Sequence record: NC_012575.1
Strand: one strand, 5' to 3'
Length of the DNA: 32,000 nt
Positions 1-17,566 of the stretch are shown piece by piece (the first letter of the stretch is position 1; each line of letters opens with the position of its first letter). Under the pieces are notes generated by a model that did no database searches, was not told the DNA's origin, and worked only from the letters and a program-made list of their open reading frames with translations. Made by a program: the position numbers and the translations under genes.

Positions 1-1
1 A

Positions 2-1522
2 TTACCATGGTACCGTGTACACACGGTTGTGTTAAATGACCCTGGGCGTTTAATTGCAGTGCACCTTATGCACACTGCACTTGTAGCTGGTTGGGCTGGT
101 TCAATGGCATTATACGAATTAGCAATTTTCGATCCATCAGATCCAGTACTTAACCCAATGTGGCGTCAAGGAATGTTCGTACTTCCATTCATGACTCGTC
201 TTGGAGTAACAAACTCATGGGGTGGATGGAGTATTAGTGGTGAAAGTGTAAGTAACCCAGGACTTTGGAGTTATGAAGGAGTAGCAGCTTCGCATATTAT
301 TCTTTCAGGTCTTCTTTTCCTTGCAGCTATTTGGCACTGGGTATTCTGGGATCTTGAACTTTTCCGTGATCCACGAACTCAACAGCCAGCATTAGATCTT
401 CCAAAAATTTTTGGAATTCACCTTTTCCTTTCAGGAGTACTTTGTTTTGGTTTCGGAGCATTCCACGTAACTGGACTTTATGGTCCTGGTATTTGGGTAT
501 CTGATCCATACGGACTCACTGGAGGTGTTGAGCCTGTAGCACCATCATGGGGAGCTGAAGGATTTGATCCTTACAACCCTGGTGGAATTGCATCTCACCA
601 CATTGCAGCTGGAATCGTAGGTATTTGTGCCGGACTTTTCCACCTTAGTGTACGTCCACCACAGCGTCTTTACAAAGCTTTACGTATGGGTAACGTAGAA
701 ACAGTACTTTCAAGTAGTATTGCAGCGGTATTTTGGGCAGCTTTTGTTGTAGGTGGAACTATGTGGTACGGATGTGCTGCAACACCAATTGAACTTTTTG
801 GTCCAACTCGTTACCAGTGGGATCAAGGATTCTTCCAGCAAGAAATTGAGAAGCGTGTACAAAAGAGTGTGGCAGGTGGTGCATCACTTTCAGATGCATG
901 GTCAGCAATTCCAGAGAAGCTCGCATTCTATGACTACATTGGAAACAACCCAGCGAAGGGTGGACTCTTCCGTTCTGGACCAATGGATAATGGTGATGGA
1001 ATTGCAGCAGGTTGGTTAGGACACGCAGTATTTACTGATAAGCAAGGGCGTGAGCTTTTTGTACGTCGTATGCCAACTTTCTTTGAAACGTTCCCTGTAA
1101 TCCTTATCGATAGCGATGGTATTGTACGTGCTGACGTACCATTCCGTCGTGCAGAATCAAAGTATAGTATTGAGCAAGTAGGTGTAAGTGTAACATTCTA
1201 CGGTGGAGAACTTGATGGATTAAGTTTTACTGATCCAGCAACAGTTAAGAAGTATGCACGTCGTGCACAACTCGGAGAAGTTTTCGAGTTTGACCGTGCA
1301 ACTCTTCAATCTGATGGTGTTTTCCGTAGTAGCCCACGTGCATGGTTTACATTTGCTCACGTAAGCTTTGCTCTTCTTTTCTTCTTCGGACACATTTGGC
1401 ACGGAGCTCGTACAATCTTCCGTGATGTATTTGCTGGTATTGATCCAGACTTAGATGAGCAAGTAGAGTTTGGTGCATTCCAGAAACTTGGTGATGTAAC
1501 AACTCGTCGTCAAACTGTGTAA
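2..1522 (+). CDS. psbB: Photosystem II CP47 chlorophyll apoprotein (5' end cut by window edge, about 2 codons missing)
   Basis: The frame is open from base 2 and reads [17 protein letters not shown], the canonical CP47 N-terminus ([11 protein letters not shown]...). The GTG at 29 used by the ORF track is therefore internal. CP47 similarity is full length. TAA at 1520-1522. Confidence 0.97.
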   Translation, partial: LPWYRVHTVVLNDPGRLIAVHLMHTALVAGWAGSMALYELAIFDPSDPVLNPMWRQGMFVLPFMTRLGVTNSWGGWSISGESVSNPGLWSYEGVAASHIILSGLLFLAAIWHWVFWDLELFRDPRTQQPALDLPKIFGIHLFLSGVLCFGFGAFHVTGLYGPGIWVSDPYGLTGGVEPVAPSWGAEGFDPYNPGGIASHHIAAGIVGICAGLFHLSVRPPQRLYKALRMGNVETVLSSSIAAVFWAAFVVGGTMWYGCAATPIELFGPTRYQWDQGFFQQEIEKRVQKSVAGGASLSDAWSAIPEKLAFYDYIGNNPAKGGLFRSGPMDNGDGIAAGWLGHAVFTDKQGRELFVRRMPTFFETFPVILIDSDGIVRADVPFRRAESKYSIEQVGVSVTFYGGELDGLSFTDPATVKKYARRAQLGEVFEFDRATLQSDGVFRSSPRAWFTFAHVSFALLFFFGHIWHGARTIFRDVFAGIDPDLDEQVEFGAFQKLGDVTTRRQTV

Positions 1523-1540
1523 TTACGAGGAAAAAATAAT

Positions 1541-1636
1541 ATGGAAGCTATCGTTTATACTTTTTTACTTGTTGGAACACTTGGAATTATTTTCTTTGCA
1601 ATCTTTTTCCGTGAACCACCACGTATTGCAAAGTAA
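1541..1636 (+). CDS. psbT: Photosystem II reaction centre protein T
   Basis: Hand translation gives [31 protein letters not shown] (31 aa), a typical PsbT. It lies 18 nt after psbB, as in the conserved psbB-psbT pair. GAGG precedes the ATG. Confidence 0.93.
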   Translation: MEAIVYTFLLVGTLGIIFFAIFFREPPRIAK

Positions 1637-1715
1637 TTTAAAATCTAACCAACAATTTGATAGAAATACTTTTACGCTTTGTATAATGTAATTTCTAATT
1701 AAATTTTTATTTATT

Positions 1716-1741
1716 CTATGAGACTCACTGTGGTCTCATAG
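1716..1741 (+). terminator. 3' inverted repeat downstream of psbT (mRNA 3'-end stem-loop)
   Basis: CTATGAGAC (1716-1724) pairs with GTCTCATAG (1733-1741). The 9-bp stem encloses an 8-nt loop. Confidence 0.45.
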
Positions 1742-1751
1742 GATAATTAGT

Positions 1752-1767
1752 TTTATAATAAAAAGAT
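1752..1767 (+). promoter_or_regulatory. Copy 1 of recurrent 16-mer TTTATAATAAAAAGAT (contains a TATAAT box), about 185 nt upstream of psbD
   Basis: The same exact 16-mer occurs at 9980-9995 (+, upstream of psbA) and 23554-23569 (-, upstream of rps14). It is in sense orientation relative to the downstream gene each time. Confidence 0.35.
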
Positions 1768-1946
1768 CTAATATCTGTTTTTTAAGTTTTTAAATTATAT
1801 ATGAGTTATTTTTAAAAAATTAATTGCTTTAAAAGAAGAATAACTTGTCTCATGGTATGAGAATCCGGTAGAATATAAATAGTAGAAAATAGCAGTATAC
1901 TTGTTTTTAACAAAGTACTGAAATGATGATGATAGAAATTAGGTAA

Positions 1947-4380
<2,434 letters not shown>

Positions 4381-4432
4381 TCAAGTTTACGTATAATTTT
4401 TTTAGCTTTTTAGTTAGAGAAAATTAAAATAT

Positions 4433-4454
4433 TGGACCCATATTTATGGGTCCA
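4433..4454 (+). terminator. 3' inverted repeat downstream of psbC
   Basis: TGGACCCA (4433-4440), TATTTA loop, TGGGTCCA (4447-4454). Perfect 8-bp stem about 50 nt after the psbC stop. Confidence 0.5.
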
Positions 4455-4547
4455 GTATTTATGTACATACTTGTTTGTACGAAAATTTTTTGATAAAACA
4501 CCTCTATCTTTTTTAGAGTTGTTTTGATATACTTTAAGTATATATTT

Positions 4548-4621
4548 GGACAAGTAGCTCAGTTGGATAGAGTATGTGGCTACGAACTACAGTGTCGGGG
4601 GTTCGAGTCCCTCCTTGTCTG
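4548..4621 (+). tRNA. trnR(ACG): tRNA-Arg (anticodon ACG)
   Basis: 74-nt cloverleaf folded by hand. Acceptor GGACAAG/CTTGTCT, anticodon arm TGTGG-CTACGAA-CTACA, T arm GGGGG-TTCGAGT-CCCTC. Confidence 0.93.
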
Positions 4622-4989
4622 AAAGTTTTATTAAAAATTCAAATTAGATATATTATATTTTTAGAATAAAGGATTTATTTATGCAACATGCATAAGCGCC
4701 CCAACAATTTACTTCAGGTTTTTAGGAGCAGCTAAATCAATTTTTGCTGCGTTTATTTATTCAATATGGTGTTGAAGAAGAGATGCTGACTCCTGAGCTC
4801 GTGCAAGCTTTTACTCCTTTATCAGATGAAAATGCTCAGCTTCGCCAAAATTTCAATATTCTACAAGTCGAATTCATGCAATCCTTAAATGTTTTTTCTT
4901 TGTGAAAGAGGCAGAAGTGCATGGCCAGTTCGGCAACACGCTATACTCGTGAATGGAAGCTTTAGTTTTTCTAATCTTCTCAAACACAT

Positions 4990-6479
<1,490 letters not shown>

Positions 6480-6553
6480 TTAAAGATGAAACAAGCGCGC
6501 ATTTCTTAAAACAATTGGCTTGCCATTGCTTGAGAAGAAATGCACCACGCTAC

Positions 6554-6627
<74 letters not shown>

Positions 6628-6633
6628 TGGCAC

Positions 6634-6706
6634 GGGGGTATAGCTCAGTTGGTAGAGCGCTGCCTTTGCAAGGCAGACGCCAGCGGTTCGAGTCCGCTTA
6701 CCTCCA
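6634..6706 (+). tRNA. trnA(UGC): tRNA-Ala (anticodon UGC), no intron
   Basis: GGGGGTATAGCTCAGTTGGTAGAGCGCTGCCTTTGCAAGGCAG...TACCTCCA. Anticodon loop TTTGCAA. The G3:U70 Ala identity pair is present. Only 6 nt after trnI. Confidence 0.96.
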
Positions 6707-6767
6707 GCCAAGCCTTTAATTTAAAAGGTCAATTAGAATTGTGGTTATTTCTACACATAAAACAAAA

Positions 6768-9653
<2,886 letters not shown>

Positions 9654-9712
9654 TGTATACCATTTTTACTACTCTGAACCACAGCTGCAACTTTTGCATA
9701 CGTGGTTCTTTT

Positions 9713-9830
9713 TCTTGGTGTCTTCGTCGAGGTCGAGACACAGCATCCCTTTCCGAACTGCGTGGTGAAAGGCCTTTGAGATAACGATAGGATACGGGTA
9801 GCTGTATCTGAAAACATATCGATGCCAAGA
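9713..9830 (+). rRNA. rrf: 5S ribosomal RNA
   Basis: Helix I forms between TCTTGGTGTC (9713-9722) and GATGCCAAGA (9821-9830), with two G:U pairs. Loop-C motif CCCTTTCCGAACTGCGTGGTGAAAGG. About 60 nt after 23S. Confidence 0.8.
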
Positions 9831-9847
9831 ATATATATATACTAATA

Positions 9848-9867
9848 AGAATACCTTAGGGTATTCT
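9848..9867 (+). terminator. Stem-loop just downstream of the rRNA operon
   Basis: AGAATACC (9848-9855), TTAG loop, GGTATTCT (9860-9867). Perfect 8-bp stem 18 nt after 5S. Confidence 0.45.
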
Positions 9868-9979
9868 CATACTTTGAATACTATCTATTAAATATTTCTT
9901 CTATTTTTAATAGGAGATATTTTTCTATATAAATTTCTTAAATTGAAGAGTTTTCTCTACTTGAAGACTCTTTAATTTT

Positions 9980-9995
9980 TTTATAATAAAAAGAT
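9980..9995 (+). promoter_or_regulatory. Copy 2 of recurrent 16-mer TTTATAATAAAAAGAT, about 130 nt upstream of psbA
   Basis: Exact repeat of 1752-1767. Contains TATAAT (9982-9987). A weak -35-like TTGAAG lies at 9961-9966. Confidence 0.35.
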
Positions 9996-10020
9996 ATTTT
10001 TTTTTATTTTTTTTTCACAG

Positions 10021-10056
10021 CCTGTACCGGTACAGGGAGGAGCTATGGTAAACTAA
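10021..10056 (+). promoter_or_regulatory. psbA leader element: perfect 16-nt palindrome, GGAGGAG box and 3-codon mini-ORF
   Basis: CCTGTACCGGTACAGG (10021-10036) is a perfect palindrome. GGAGGAG (10036-10042) follows directly, then ATG GTA AAC TAA (10045-10056). The real psbA ATG at 10127 has no SD-like box of its own. Confidence 0.4.
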
Positions 10057-10096
10057 TTGATAACAGGTCTAAACATCATTGATGTGGATTGTGTAA

Positions 10097-11188
<1,092 letters not shown>

Positions 11189-11231
11189 TCAAGTTTTAAG
11201 TATCTTTACCTTTAGGTAAAATAACTTAGTG

Positions 11232-11256
11232 TCCATCCTCTCTTGTAGAGGATGGA
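11232..11256. terminator. Stem-loop between convergent psbA and the unassigned ORF (possible bidirectional 3' element)
   Basis: TCCATCCTCT (11232-11241), CTTGT loop, AGAGGATGGA (11247-11256). Perfect 10-bp stem. Confidence 0.55.
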
Positions 11257-11289
11257 TATTTCTTTCCTCTATAATTAAAAGATAAAAAA

Positions 11290-11817
11290 TTAACCTGGAT
11301 GAATAAAAATTCCACAAAGACACAAAATAATAAATAGAAATGATAAATATTTTGTAAAAAGATATGCACTTCCATAATCTTTAAACCAACCACGTCGAAA
11401 AAACTTACGAGTCACAGGATCTCGAAGAATTCGTTGTTTTGGAAGAACAAATAATAATAAAATAAATGCTGAAATATATTGACGTTCATGCGCTGCAAAA
11501 TAATTAGCAATTTTATTAATGGTCTCTGGAACAATTGGAAAAAAGGCGAAAAAATTCAGAATAAGAACTAATCCGATATAACCAAGAATAAGTGTATTTG
11601 CAATATAGCTAAAACCACCATATTCCCAGACATCACGGGGAGGTTGTAATGTACGATAGTAAATCATATATTCTAGAATTTCATAAAGAATACGAAAGAC
11701 TCTTAGAAAACTATCTAAAACACTAAGCGTAAGATCTACTGAAAGTTCAAAGATAAGTAACGTACGATCGAAAATCCAACCAAAGAAAGAGACAACAAGA
11801 GAAAAAGGATTTTTCAT
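11290..11817 (-). CDS. Unassigned hydrophobic ORF (175 aa from the ATG at 11817; 177 aa from the TTG at 11823)
   Basis: This is the only long ORF in the window not explained by a known gene or by antisense to a codon-biased gene. An open frame this long in AT-rich DNA is unlikely by chance, because stop codons are AT-rich. Hydrophobic stretches: FSLVVSFFGWIF, GFSYIANTLILGYIGLVLILNFFAFFPIV, YISAFILLLFVLP, YLSFLFIILCLCGIFI. I recognise no family motif. Confidence 0.5.
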   Translation of the reverse strand: MKNPFSLVVSFFGWIFDRTLLIFELSVDLTLSVLDSFLRVFRILYEILEYMIYYRTLQPPRDVWEYGGFSYIANTLILGYIGLVLILNFFAFFPIVPETINKIANYFAAHERQYISAFILLLFVLPKQRILRDPVTRKFFRRGWFKDYGSAYLFTKYLSFLFIILCLCGIFIHPG

Positions 11818-11905
11818 AAACAAAGAAACAATTTAATAGATTAGCCAACTTTCATTTCAACATGAGTGTGTAGCGGGCAGACGAGGTCTTTGCACTTATA
11901 TATAG

Positions 11906-11934
11906 TTTCATGGAGGCTTTAAGCCCCCATGAAA
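11906..11934 (-). terminator. Stem-loop 3' of the psaA-psaB operon
   Basis: TTTCATGGAGGC (11906-11917) pairs with GCCCCCATGAAA (11923-11934). 12 positions with 1 mismatch, loop TTTAA. About 125 nt downstream of the psaB stop on the - strand. Confidence 0.5.
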
Positions 11935-12057
11935 TATAGATAAAATACTTTTTTAGATTAACCTTAGATACACGAAAATCAGGCTAATAACGCTATTGTC
12001 ATGTATAAAAGTTTCATCTTATATTTGAAGTATATAAATCTAAGAATTAATTATGCA

Positions 12058-14262
12058 TTATCCGAACTTACCAGAAGTTGATGCAATTACAAAGGCTGCG
12101 TATGTAAGCACAAATCCTACAGAGAAGTGTGTAAGTCCTACAAGACGTGCTTGTACAATTGAAAGAGCTACTGGCTTATCGTTCCACTTAACGAAGTTTG
12201 CAAGCGGAGTACGCTCGTGTGCCCATACAAGTGTTTCAATAAGTTCTTGCCAGTATCCACGCCACGAAATAAGGAACATGAATCCTGTTGCATAAATAAG
12301 GTGTCCAAAAAGGAACATCCAAGCCCATACCGAAAGACTGTTCATTCCAAACGGGTTGTATCCGTTAATAAGTTGAGATGAGTTAAGCCAAAGGTAATCA
12401 CGAAGCCATCCCATAATATATGTAGATGATTCGTTAAATTGAGCTGAGTTTCCTTGCCAAAGAGCAAGGTGCTTCCAGTGGAAGTAGAATACTGTCCATG
12501 AAACTGTGTTAAGTTCCCAGAATACTGCGAGGTAGAAAGCATCCCAAGCTGAGATGTCACATGTTCCTCCACGTCCTGGTCCGTCACAAGGGAAGCTGTA
12601 TCCAAAATCCTTCTTATCTGGCATAAGCTTAGATCCACGAGCATCAAGAGCTCCTTTTACAAGAATAAGCGTTGTTGTGTGAAGTCCAAGTGCAATCGCG
12701 TGGTGTACAAGGAAATCTCCTGGTCCAATTGGAAGGAAAAGAGAGTTACTTGAACTGTTGATTGCTTCAAGCCATCCTGGAAGCCAAATTGATTGACTTG
12801 CTAAATTAGCAGGGTTTCCTTGTGATGCAAGAAGTACATCAAATCCATAGATTGATTTACCTTGTGCAGCTTGAATGTATTGTGCAAATACAGGTTCAAT
12901 AAGGATTTGCTTTTCTGGTGTTCCAAATGCTTGCATTACGTCGTTGTGTACGTAAAGACCAAGAGTGTGGAATCCAAGGAAAAGTGATACCCAGCTAAGG
13001 TGTGAAATAATTGCTTCTTTATGCTCAAGCATACGTGCAAGCACGTTTCCTTCATTTTGCTCTGGATCATAGTCACGGATAAAGAAGATTGCTCCGTGAG
13101 CAAATGCTCCACACATAATAAATCCAGCAATATACTGGTGGTGTGCATAAAGTGCAGCTTGTGTAGTAAAGTCTTGTGCAAGGAAAGCATACGCAGGAAG
13201 TGAGTATGTGTGCTGTGCTACAAGAGATGTAATTACTCCAACAGATGCAAGTGCAAGTCCAAGCTGGAAGTGAAGAGAGTTGTTTACAGTGTCAAAAAGA
13301 CCTTTGTGTCCAGCTCCAAGTCCTCCAGCAGGAGGTGTGTGCGCTTCAAGAATTTCACGCATACTGTGTCCAATTCCGAAGTTTGTACGGTATTGGTGCC
13401 CTGCAAGGATAAATACTACCGCAATTGCAAGGTGGTGGTGTGCCATATCTGTTAACCAAAGACTTTCAGTCTGTGGGTGGAATCCACCTAAGAAAGTAAG
13501 GATTGCTGTTCCAGCTCCTTCAGGTGTTCCAAAGATGTGGTTTGCTGTATCTGGGTTTTGTGCATATACAGCCCATTGCCCTGAGAAGAATGGAGCAAGT
13601 CCAGCAGGGTGTGGTAATGTTGTAAGGAAGTTATCCCAACGAACGTGTTGTCCACGTGATTCTGGAATTGCTACGTGTACAAGGTGTCCTGTCCATGCAA
13701 GAGAACTTACACCAAAAAGTCCAGAAAGGTGGTGGTTAAGACGCGATTCTGCGTTCTTAAACCATGAAAGTGCTGGAGCAAATGTTGGTTGAAGGTGTAA
13801 CCATCCTGCAAAGAGGAAAAGTCCTGCTACAAAGAGAAGGAAAAGAGATGCATTATAAAGATCTCCATTTGTACGCATTCCAATTGTGTACCACCACTGG
13901 TATACACCAGAGTAGGCAATGTTTACAGGAGCACTAGCTCCTCCACGTGTAAATGCTTCAACAGCTGGTTGTCCAAAGTGTGGATCCCAGATTGTGTGTG
14001 CGATTGGACGTACGTGAAGTGGATCTTCACCCCACTTTTCAAAGTTACCTTGCCACGCTACGTGGAAAAGGTTACCTGATGTCCATAAGAAAATAATTGC
14101 AAGTTGTCCAAAGTGTGAAGCGAAGATCTTTTGGTAAAGCTTCTCTTCTGTCATACCATCGTGCGTCTCGAAATCGTGTGCAGTTGCAATTCCGAACCAA
14201 AGACGACGAGTTGTTGGATCTTGTGCTAATCCTTGACTAAATTTAGGGAATTTAGTTGCCAT
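12058..14262 (-). CDS. psaB: Photosystem I P700 apoprotein A2
   Basis: 734 aa, [32 protein letters not shown]...[18 protein letters not shown] (Fx cluster loop). GGAGGA lies 8 nt upstream of the ATG. Confidence 0.98.
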   Translation of the reverse strand: MATKFPKFSQGLAQDPTTRRLWFGIATAHDFETHDGMTEEKLYQKIFASHFGQLAIIFLWTSGNLFHVAWQGNFEKWGEDPLHVRPIAHTIWDPHFGQPAVEAFTRGGASAPVNIAYSGVYQWWYTIGMRTNGDLYNASLFLLFVAGLFLFAGWLHLQPTFAPALSWFKNAESRLNHHLSGLFGVSSLAWTGHLVHVAIPESRGQHVRWDNFLTTLPHPAGLAPFFSGQWAVYAQNPDTANHIFGTPEGAGTAILTFLGGFHPQTESLWLTDMAHHHLAIAVVFILAGHQYRTNFGIGHSMREILEAHTPPAGGLGAGHKGLFDTVNNSLHFQLGLALASVGVITSLVAQHTYSLPAYAFLAQDFTTQAALYAHHQYIAGFIMCGAFAHGAIFFIRDYDPEQNEGNVLARMLEHKEAIISHLSWVSLFLGFHTLGLYVHNDVMQAFGTPEKQILIEPVFAQYIQAAQGKSIYGFDVLLASQGNPANLASQSIWLPGWLEAINSSSNSLFLPIGPGDFLVHHAIALGLHTTTLILVKGALDARGSKLMPDKKDFGYSFPCDGPGRGGTCDISAWDAFYLAVFWELNTVSWTVFYFHWKHLALWQGNSAQFNESSTYIMGWLRDYLWLNSSQLINGYNPFGMNSLSVWAWMFLFGHLIYATGFMFLISWRGYWQELIETLVWAHERTPLANFVKWNDKPVALSIVQARLVGLTHFSVGFVLTYAAFVIASTSGKFG

Positions 14263-14281
14263 AAGTCATGTCCTCCGCGGG

Positions 14282-16537
14282 TTATCCGACTGCAATAATA
14301 CGCGCTAAGAAGAATGACCATGTTGTTGCAATTCCACCTAAAAGGTAGTGAGCAACACCAACGGCACGTCCTTGAGTAATACTTAAAGCGCGTGGTTGAA
14401 TAGCAGGCGCAACTTTAAGTTTGTTGTGCGCCCATACGATTGATTCAATAAGCTCCTGCCAGTATCCACGTCCTGAGAATAAGAACATAAGGCTAAATGC
14501 CCAGATAAAGTGGGCTCCTAAGAAGATGAGTCCATATGCAGAGAGTGCTGATCCGTATGATTGAATAACCTGTGAAGATTGTGCCCAAAGGAAGTCACGA
14601 AGCCATCCGTTGATAGTATTTGCACTTTGTGCGAAGTTACCACCAGTAATGTGTGAAACACCATTATCAGTTACACTTCCCCAAACGTCTGATTGCATCT
14701 TCCAGCTAAAGTGGAAAATTACAATAGAAATACTGTTGTACATCCAGAAAAGTCCAAGGAATACGTGGTCCCAAGCTGAAACCTGACATGTTCCTCCACG
14801 TCCTGGTCCATCACAAGGGAATCGGAATCCAAGGTTTGCCTTATCTGGGATAAGACGTGAACTACGTGCAAAAAGCACACCCTTAAGAAGGATAAGTACT
14901 GTTACGTGGATTGTGAATGCGTGAATGTGGTGTACCATGAAATCTGAAGTACCAAGTGAAATTGGCATCATAGCAATCTTTCCACCAACAGCCACGATAT
15001 CACCACCCCAACTCGCACTTGTACTTGCACCAGCAGTTGGTGCAGTAAGCTCAGGTGCAAGAGCGTGTGTGTTTTGTACCCATTGTGCAAAAATTGGTTG
15101 AAGCTGGATTGCTGTATCAGAGAACATATCCTGCGGACGACCAAGAGCACTCATAGTATCGTTGTGGATGTAAAGTCCGAAACTGTGGAAACCAAGGAAA
15201 ATACATACCCAGTTAAGGTGTGAAATCATGGCATCACGGTGACGAAGTACACGGTCAAGAAGGTTGTTGTAGTTATTTGTAGGATCGTAATCACGAACCA
15301 TAAAAATAGCTGCGTGTGCTGCCGCTCCACAAATACAGAATCCACCAATCCACATGTGGTGTGTAAAGAGTGAAAGCTGTGTTCCGTAATCTGTTGCGAG
15401 ATACGGGTATGGTGGCATTGCATACATGTGGTGCGCTACAATAATTGAAAGTGATCCAAAAAGTGCAAGGTTAATTGCAAGTTGTGCGTGCCACGATGTT
15501 GTAAGAATCTCATAGAGACCCTTGTGTCCTTCACCAGTAAATGGTCCTTTGTGTGCTTCAAGAATTTCTTTCATGCTGTGTCCAATACCCCAGTTTGTGC
15601 GGTACATGTGTCCAGCAATAATGAAAAGTACACCAATTGCAAGGTGGTGGTGTGCTGTATCTGAAAGCCAAAGACCACCTGTTACTGGGTTAAGTCCACC
15701 ACGGAATGTAAGGAAATCTGAGTACTCTGTCCAGTTAAATGTCCAGAATGGTGCAAGACCTTGTGAGAAACTTGGGTAAAGCTCAGCCATGAGATCACGG
15801 TTAAGCATAAACTCATGTGGAAGTGGGATCTCTTTTGGATCTACTCCTGCATCAAGAAGTGTGTTCACTGGTAAAGCAATGTGAATCTGGTGTCCAGCCC
15901 ATGAAAGACTTCCAAGACCAAGAAGTCCTGCAAGGTGGTGGTTCATCATTGATTCAACGTTTTGGAACCATTCAAGTTTTGGTGCAGCCTTGTGGTAGTG
16001 CCACCAACCTGCAAAGAACATAAGTCCTGCACAAATAAGAGCACCAATTGCTGTACTATAAAGTTGAAGTTCGCTTGTAATTCCACTTCCGCGCCAAAGC
16101 TGGAAGAATCCAGAAGTAATTTGTACTCCTTGGAATCCACCACCTACGTCACCGTTAAGAATTTCTTGTCCTACGATTGGCCAAACAACCTGCGCACTTG
16201 GTTTAATGTGCGTTGGATCGCTTAACCATGCTTCATAGTTTGAAAAACGTGCTCCGTGGAAGTACATTCCACTAAGCCAGATAAAGATCACACCAAGTTG
16301 ACCAAAGTGTGCACTGAAAACCTTACGCGAAATATCTTCAAGGTCTGTTGTGTGGCTATCAAAATCGTGTGCATCAGCATGGAGATCCCATACCCATGTT
16401 GTTGTTGCAGGACCTTTTGCAAGTGTTCGTGAGAAGTGTCCGGGTTTACCCCATTTCTCGAACGAAGTTGGTACTGGGTCACGATCAACTACAATCTTAA
16501 CTGCCTTTACCTCGCGTTCTGGTGGGCTAATTGTCAT
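14282..16537 (-). CDS. psaA: Photosystem I P700 apoprotein A1 (contiguous, not trans-spliced)
   Basis: 751 aa, [37 protein letters not shown]...[18 protein letters not shown]. 19-nt spacer to psaB. Confidence 0.98.
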   Translation of the reverse strand: MTISPPEREVKAVKIVVDRDPVPTSFEKWGKPGHFSRTLAKGPATTTWVWDLHADAHDFDSHTTDLEDISRKVFSAHFGQLGVIFIWLSGMYFHGARFSNYEAWLSDPTHIKPSAQVVWPIVGQEILNGDVGGGFQGVQITSGFFQLWRGSGITSELQLYSTAIGALICAGLMFFAGWWHYHKAAPKLEWFQNVESMMNHHLAGLLGLGSLSWAGHQIHIALPVNTLLDAGVDPKEIPLPHEFMLNRDLMAELYPSFSQGLAPFWTFNWTEYSDFLTFRGGLNPVTGGLWLSDTAHHHLAIGVLFIIAGHMYRTNWGIGHSMKEILEAHKGPFTGEGHKGLYEILTTSWHAQLAINLALFGSLSIIVAHHMYAMPPYPYLATDYGTQLSLFTHHMWIGGFCICGAAAHAAIFMVRDYDPTNNYNNLLDRVLRHRDAMISHLNWVCIFLGFHSFGLYIHNDTMSALGRPQDMFSDTAIQLQPIFAQWVQNTHALAPELTAPTAGASTSASWGGDIVAVGGKIAMMPISLGTSDFMVHHIHAFTIHVTVLILLKGVLFARSSRLIPDKANLGFRFPCDGPGRGGTCQVSAWDHVFLGLFWMYNSISIVIFHFSWKMQSDVWGSVTDNGVSHITGGNFAQSANTINGWLRDFLWAQSSQVIQSYGSALSAYGLIFLGAHFIWAFSLMFLFSGRGYWQELIESIVWAHNKLKVAPAIQPRALSITQGRAVGVAHYLLGGIATTWSFFLARIIAVG

Positions 16538-16856
16538 TAAAGTTTCCTCGTTAGTTCATAAATTACTTAATCTCAAAAAATGAAAAAAAGTAATGAATGC
16601 GATATTTTGAAATACAACAATTTAAAACTGTTATTTCATATAAACGCAAGCCTACTTAATCAGGACATTGAATGTCTAAATGCTATGCAATGGTATAAAG
16701 TATGGTATTACTATTATACCATTGATTTTTATAATCTGTCACTTCTAAAAGGGTAAATTTACTATAAATATTTATTTTATTTCGTATCTTTTATTTAAAG
16801 GAAAGAAAAGAGTTGCCAAACATATAATTATAAGGCACTATATTAATCAGAAATGT

Positions 16857-16930
16857 GGGACTGTAGTTCAATTGGTTAGAGCGCCGCCCTGTCACGGCGG
16901 AGGTCGCGGGTTCGAGTCCCGTCAGTCCCG
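16857..16930 (+). tRNA. trnD(GUC): tRNA-Asp (anticodon GUC)
   Basis: GGGACTGTAGTTCAATTGGTTAGAGCGCCGCCCTGTCACGGCGGAGGTCGCGGGTTCGAGTCCCGTCAGTCCCG. Anticodon loop CTGTCAC. Confidence 0.95.
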
Positions 16931-17050
16931 AAGAAACTAAAAAAAAGATAACAAATAACGTGAAGCTTTTACATTTTTTATCTATAATAATAGTGTCGCC
17001 TCTATACCTTATTTTTTTTGGTGAGATACTTCAATTAAGGAGAAGAACAC

Positions 17051-17161
17051 ATGGCTACATCTCTTTTACCGTCAATTTTCGTACCTCTTGTAGGTTTAGT
17101 TTTCCCAGCTGTGACTATGGCAGCACTTTTCCTTTATATTGAAAAAGAGGAAATTAACTAA
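17051..17161 (+). CDS. psaI: Photosystem I subunit VIII
   Basis: Hand translation gives [36 protein letters not shown] (36 aa), matching the PsaI core [21 protein letters not shown] lies 9 nt upstream. Confidence 0.9.
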   Translation: MATSLLPSIFVPLVGLVFPAVTMAALFLYIEKEEIN

Positions 17162-17351
17162 TATTAAACTGAGTTATTTTCTTTCTAATAGAAAGATTTT
17201 ATTTTCACTATTTTAATATTTATTAATCGATCAGAATTATAAGATAACTTTATATATACTTATAGTTTTGTATCAAACACACAATATAGTATTAATATTT
17301 AGTTAAATATTAGCTATATTGTACCAACCCCATTATCAAGGAGTTACATCT

Positions 17352-17453
17352 ATGAATCTTGAATTAATTGGTCAACTTGTAAGCGTTGCTCTTATTGTTG
17401 GAGCAGGTCCAATCATCGTAGCGGCTGTTTACGCACGTGGTGGTAATCTTTAA
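17352..17453 (+). CDS. ycf12: Photosystem II protein Psb30/Ycf12
   Basis: MNLELIGQLVSVALIVGAGPIIVAAVYARGGNL (33 aa). Typical Ycf12 pattern (MNLE.I.QL...GP...GNL). AAGGAG upstream. Confidence 0.88.
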   Translation: MNLELIGQLVSVALIVGAGPIIVAAVYARGGNL

Positions 17454-17566
17454 TTCAGTACAATTGTGTACAACGACTAGTAAAGACTAATAAAAATACT
17501 AAGTAAATACTTGGAATTCAATTATAGTATCTTTCAATTATTGTACAAATAGCCCTTTAAAAATGT

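Noticed and set aside
12053-16583. Numerous + strand ORFs of 60-170 aa inside psaB/psaA (e.g. 13280-13792, 13210-13455, 15522-15779, 15962-16225, 16350-16583)
   Set aside because: They are antisense to strongly codon-biased, full-length psaA and psaB. The products are Cys/Arg/Ser-rich and of low complexity, with no start context. This is the typical shadow-ORF artefact.
16813-16844. TTGCCA box upstream of trnD as a promoter
   Set aside because: No acceptable -10 hexamer lies at 16-19 nt spacing (CACTAT/ACTATA only). Too weak to report.
16960-17142. 60-aa ORF overlapping psaI
   Set aside because: It is out of frame with the clearly conserved 36-aa psaI (17051-17161) and begins at a non-ATG codon in AT-rich spacer.
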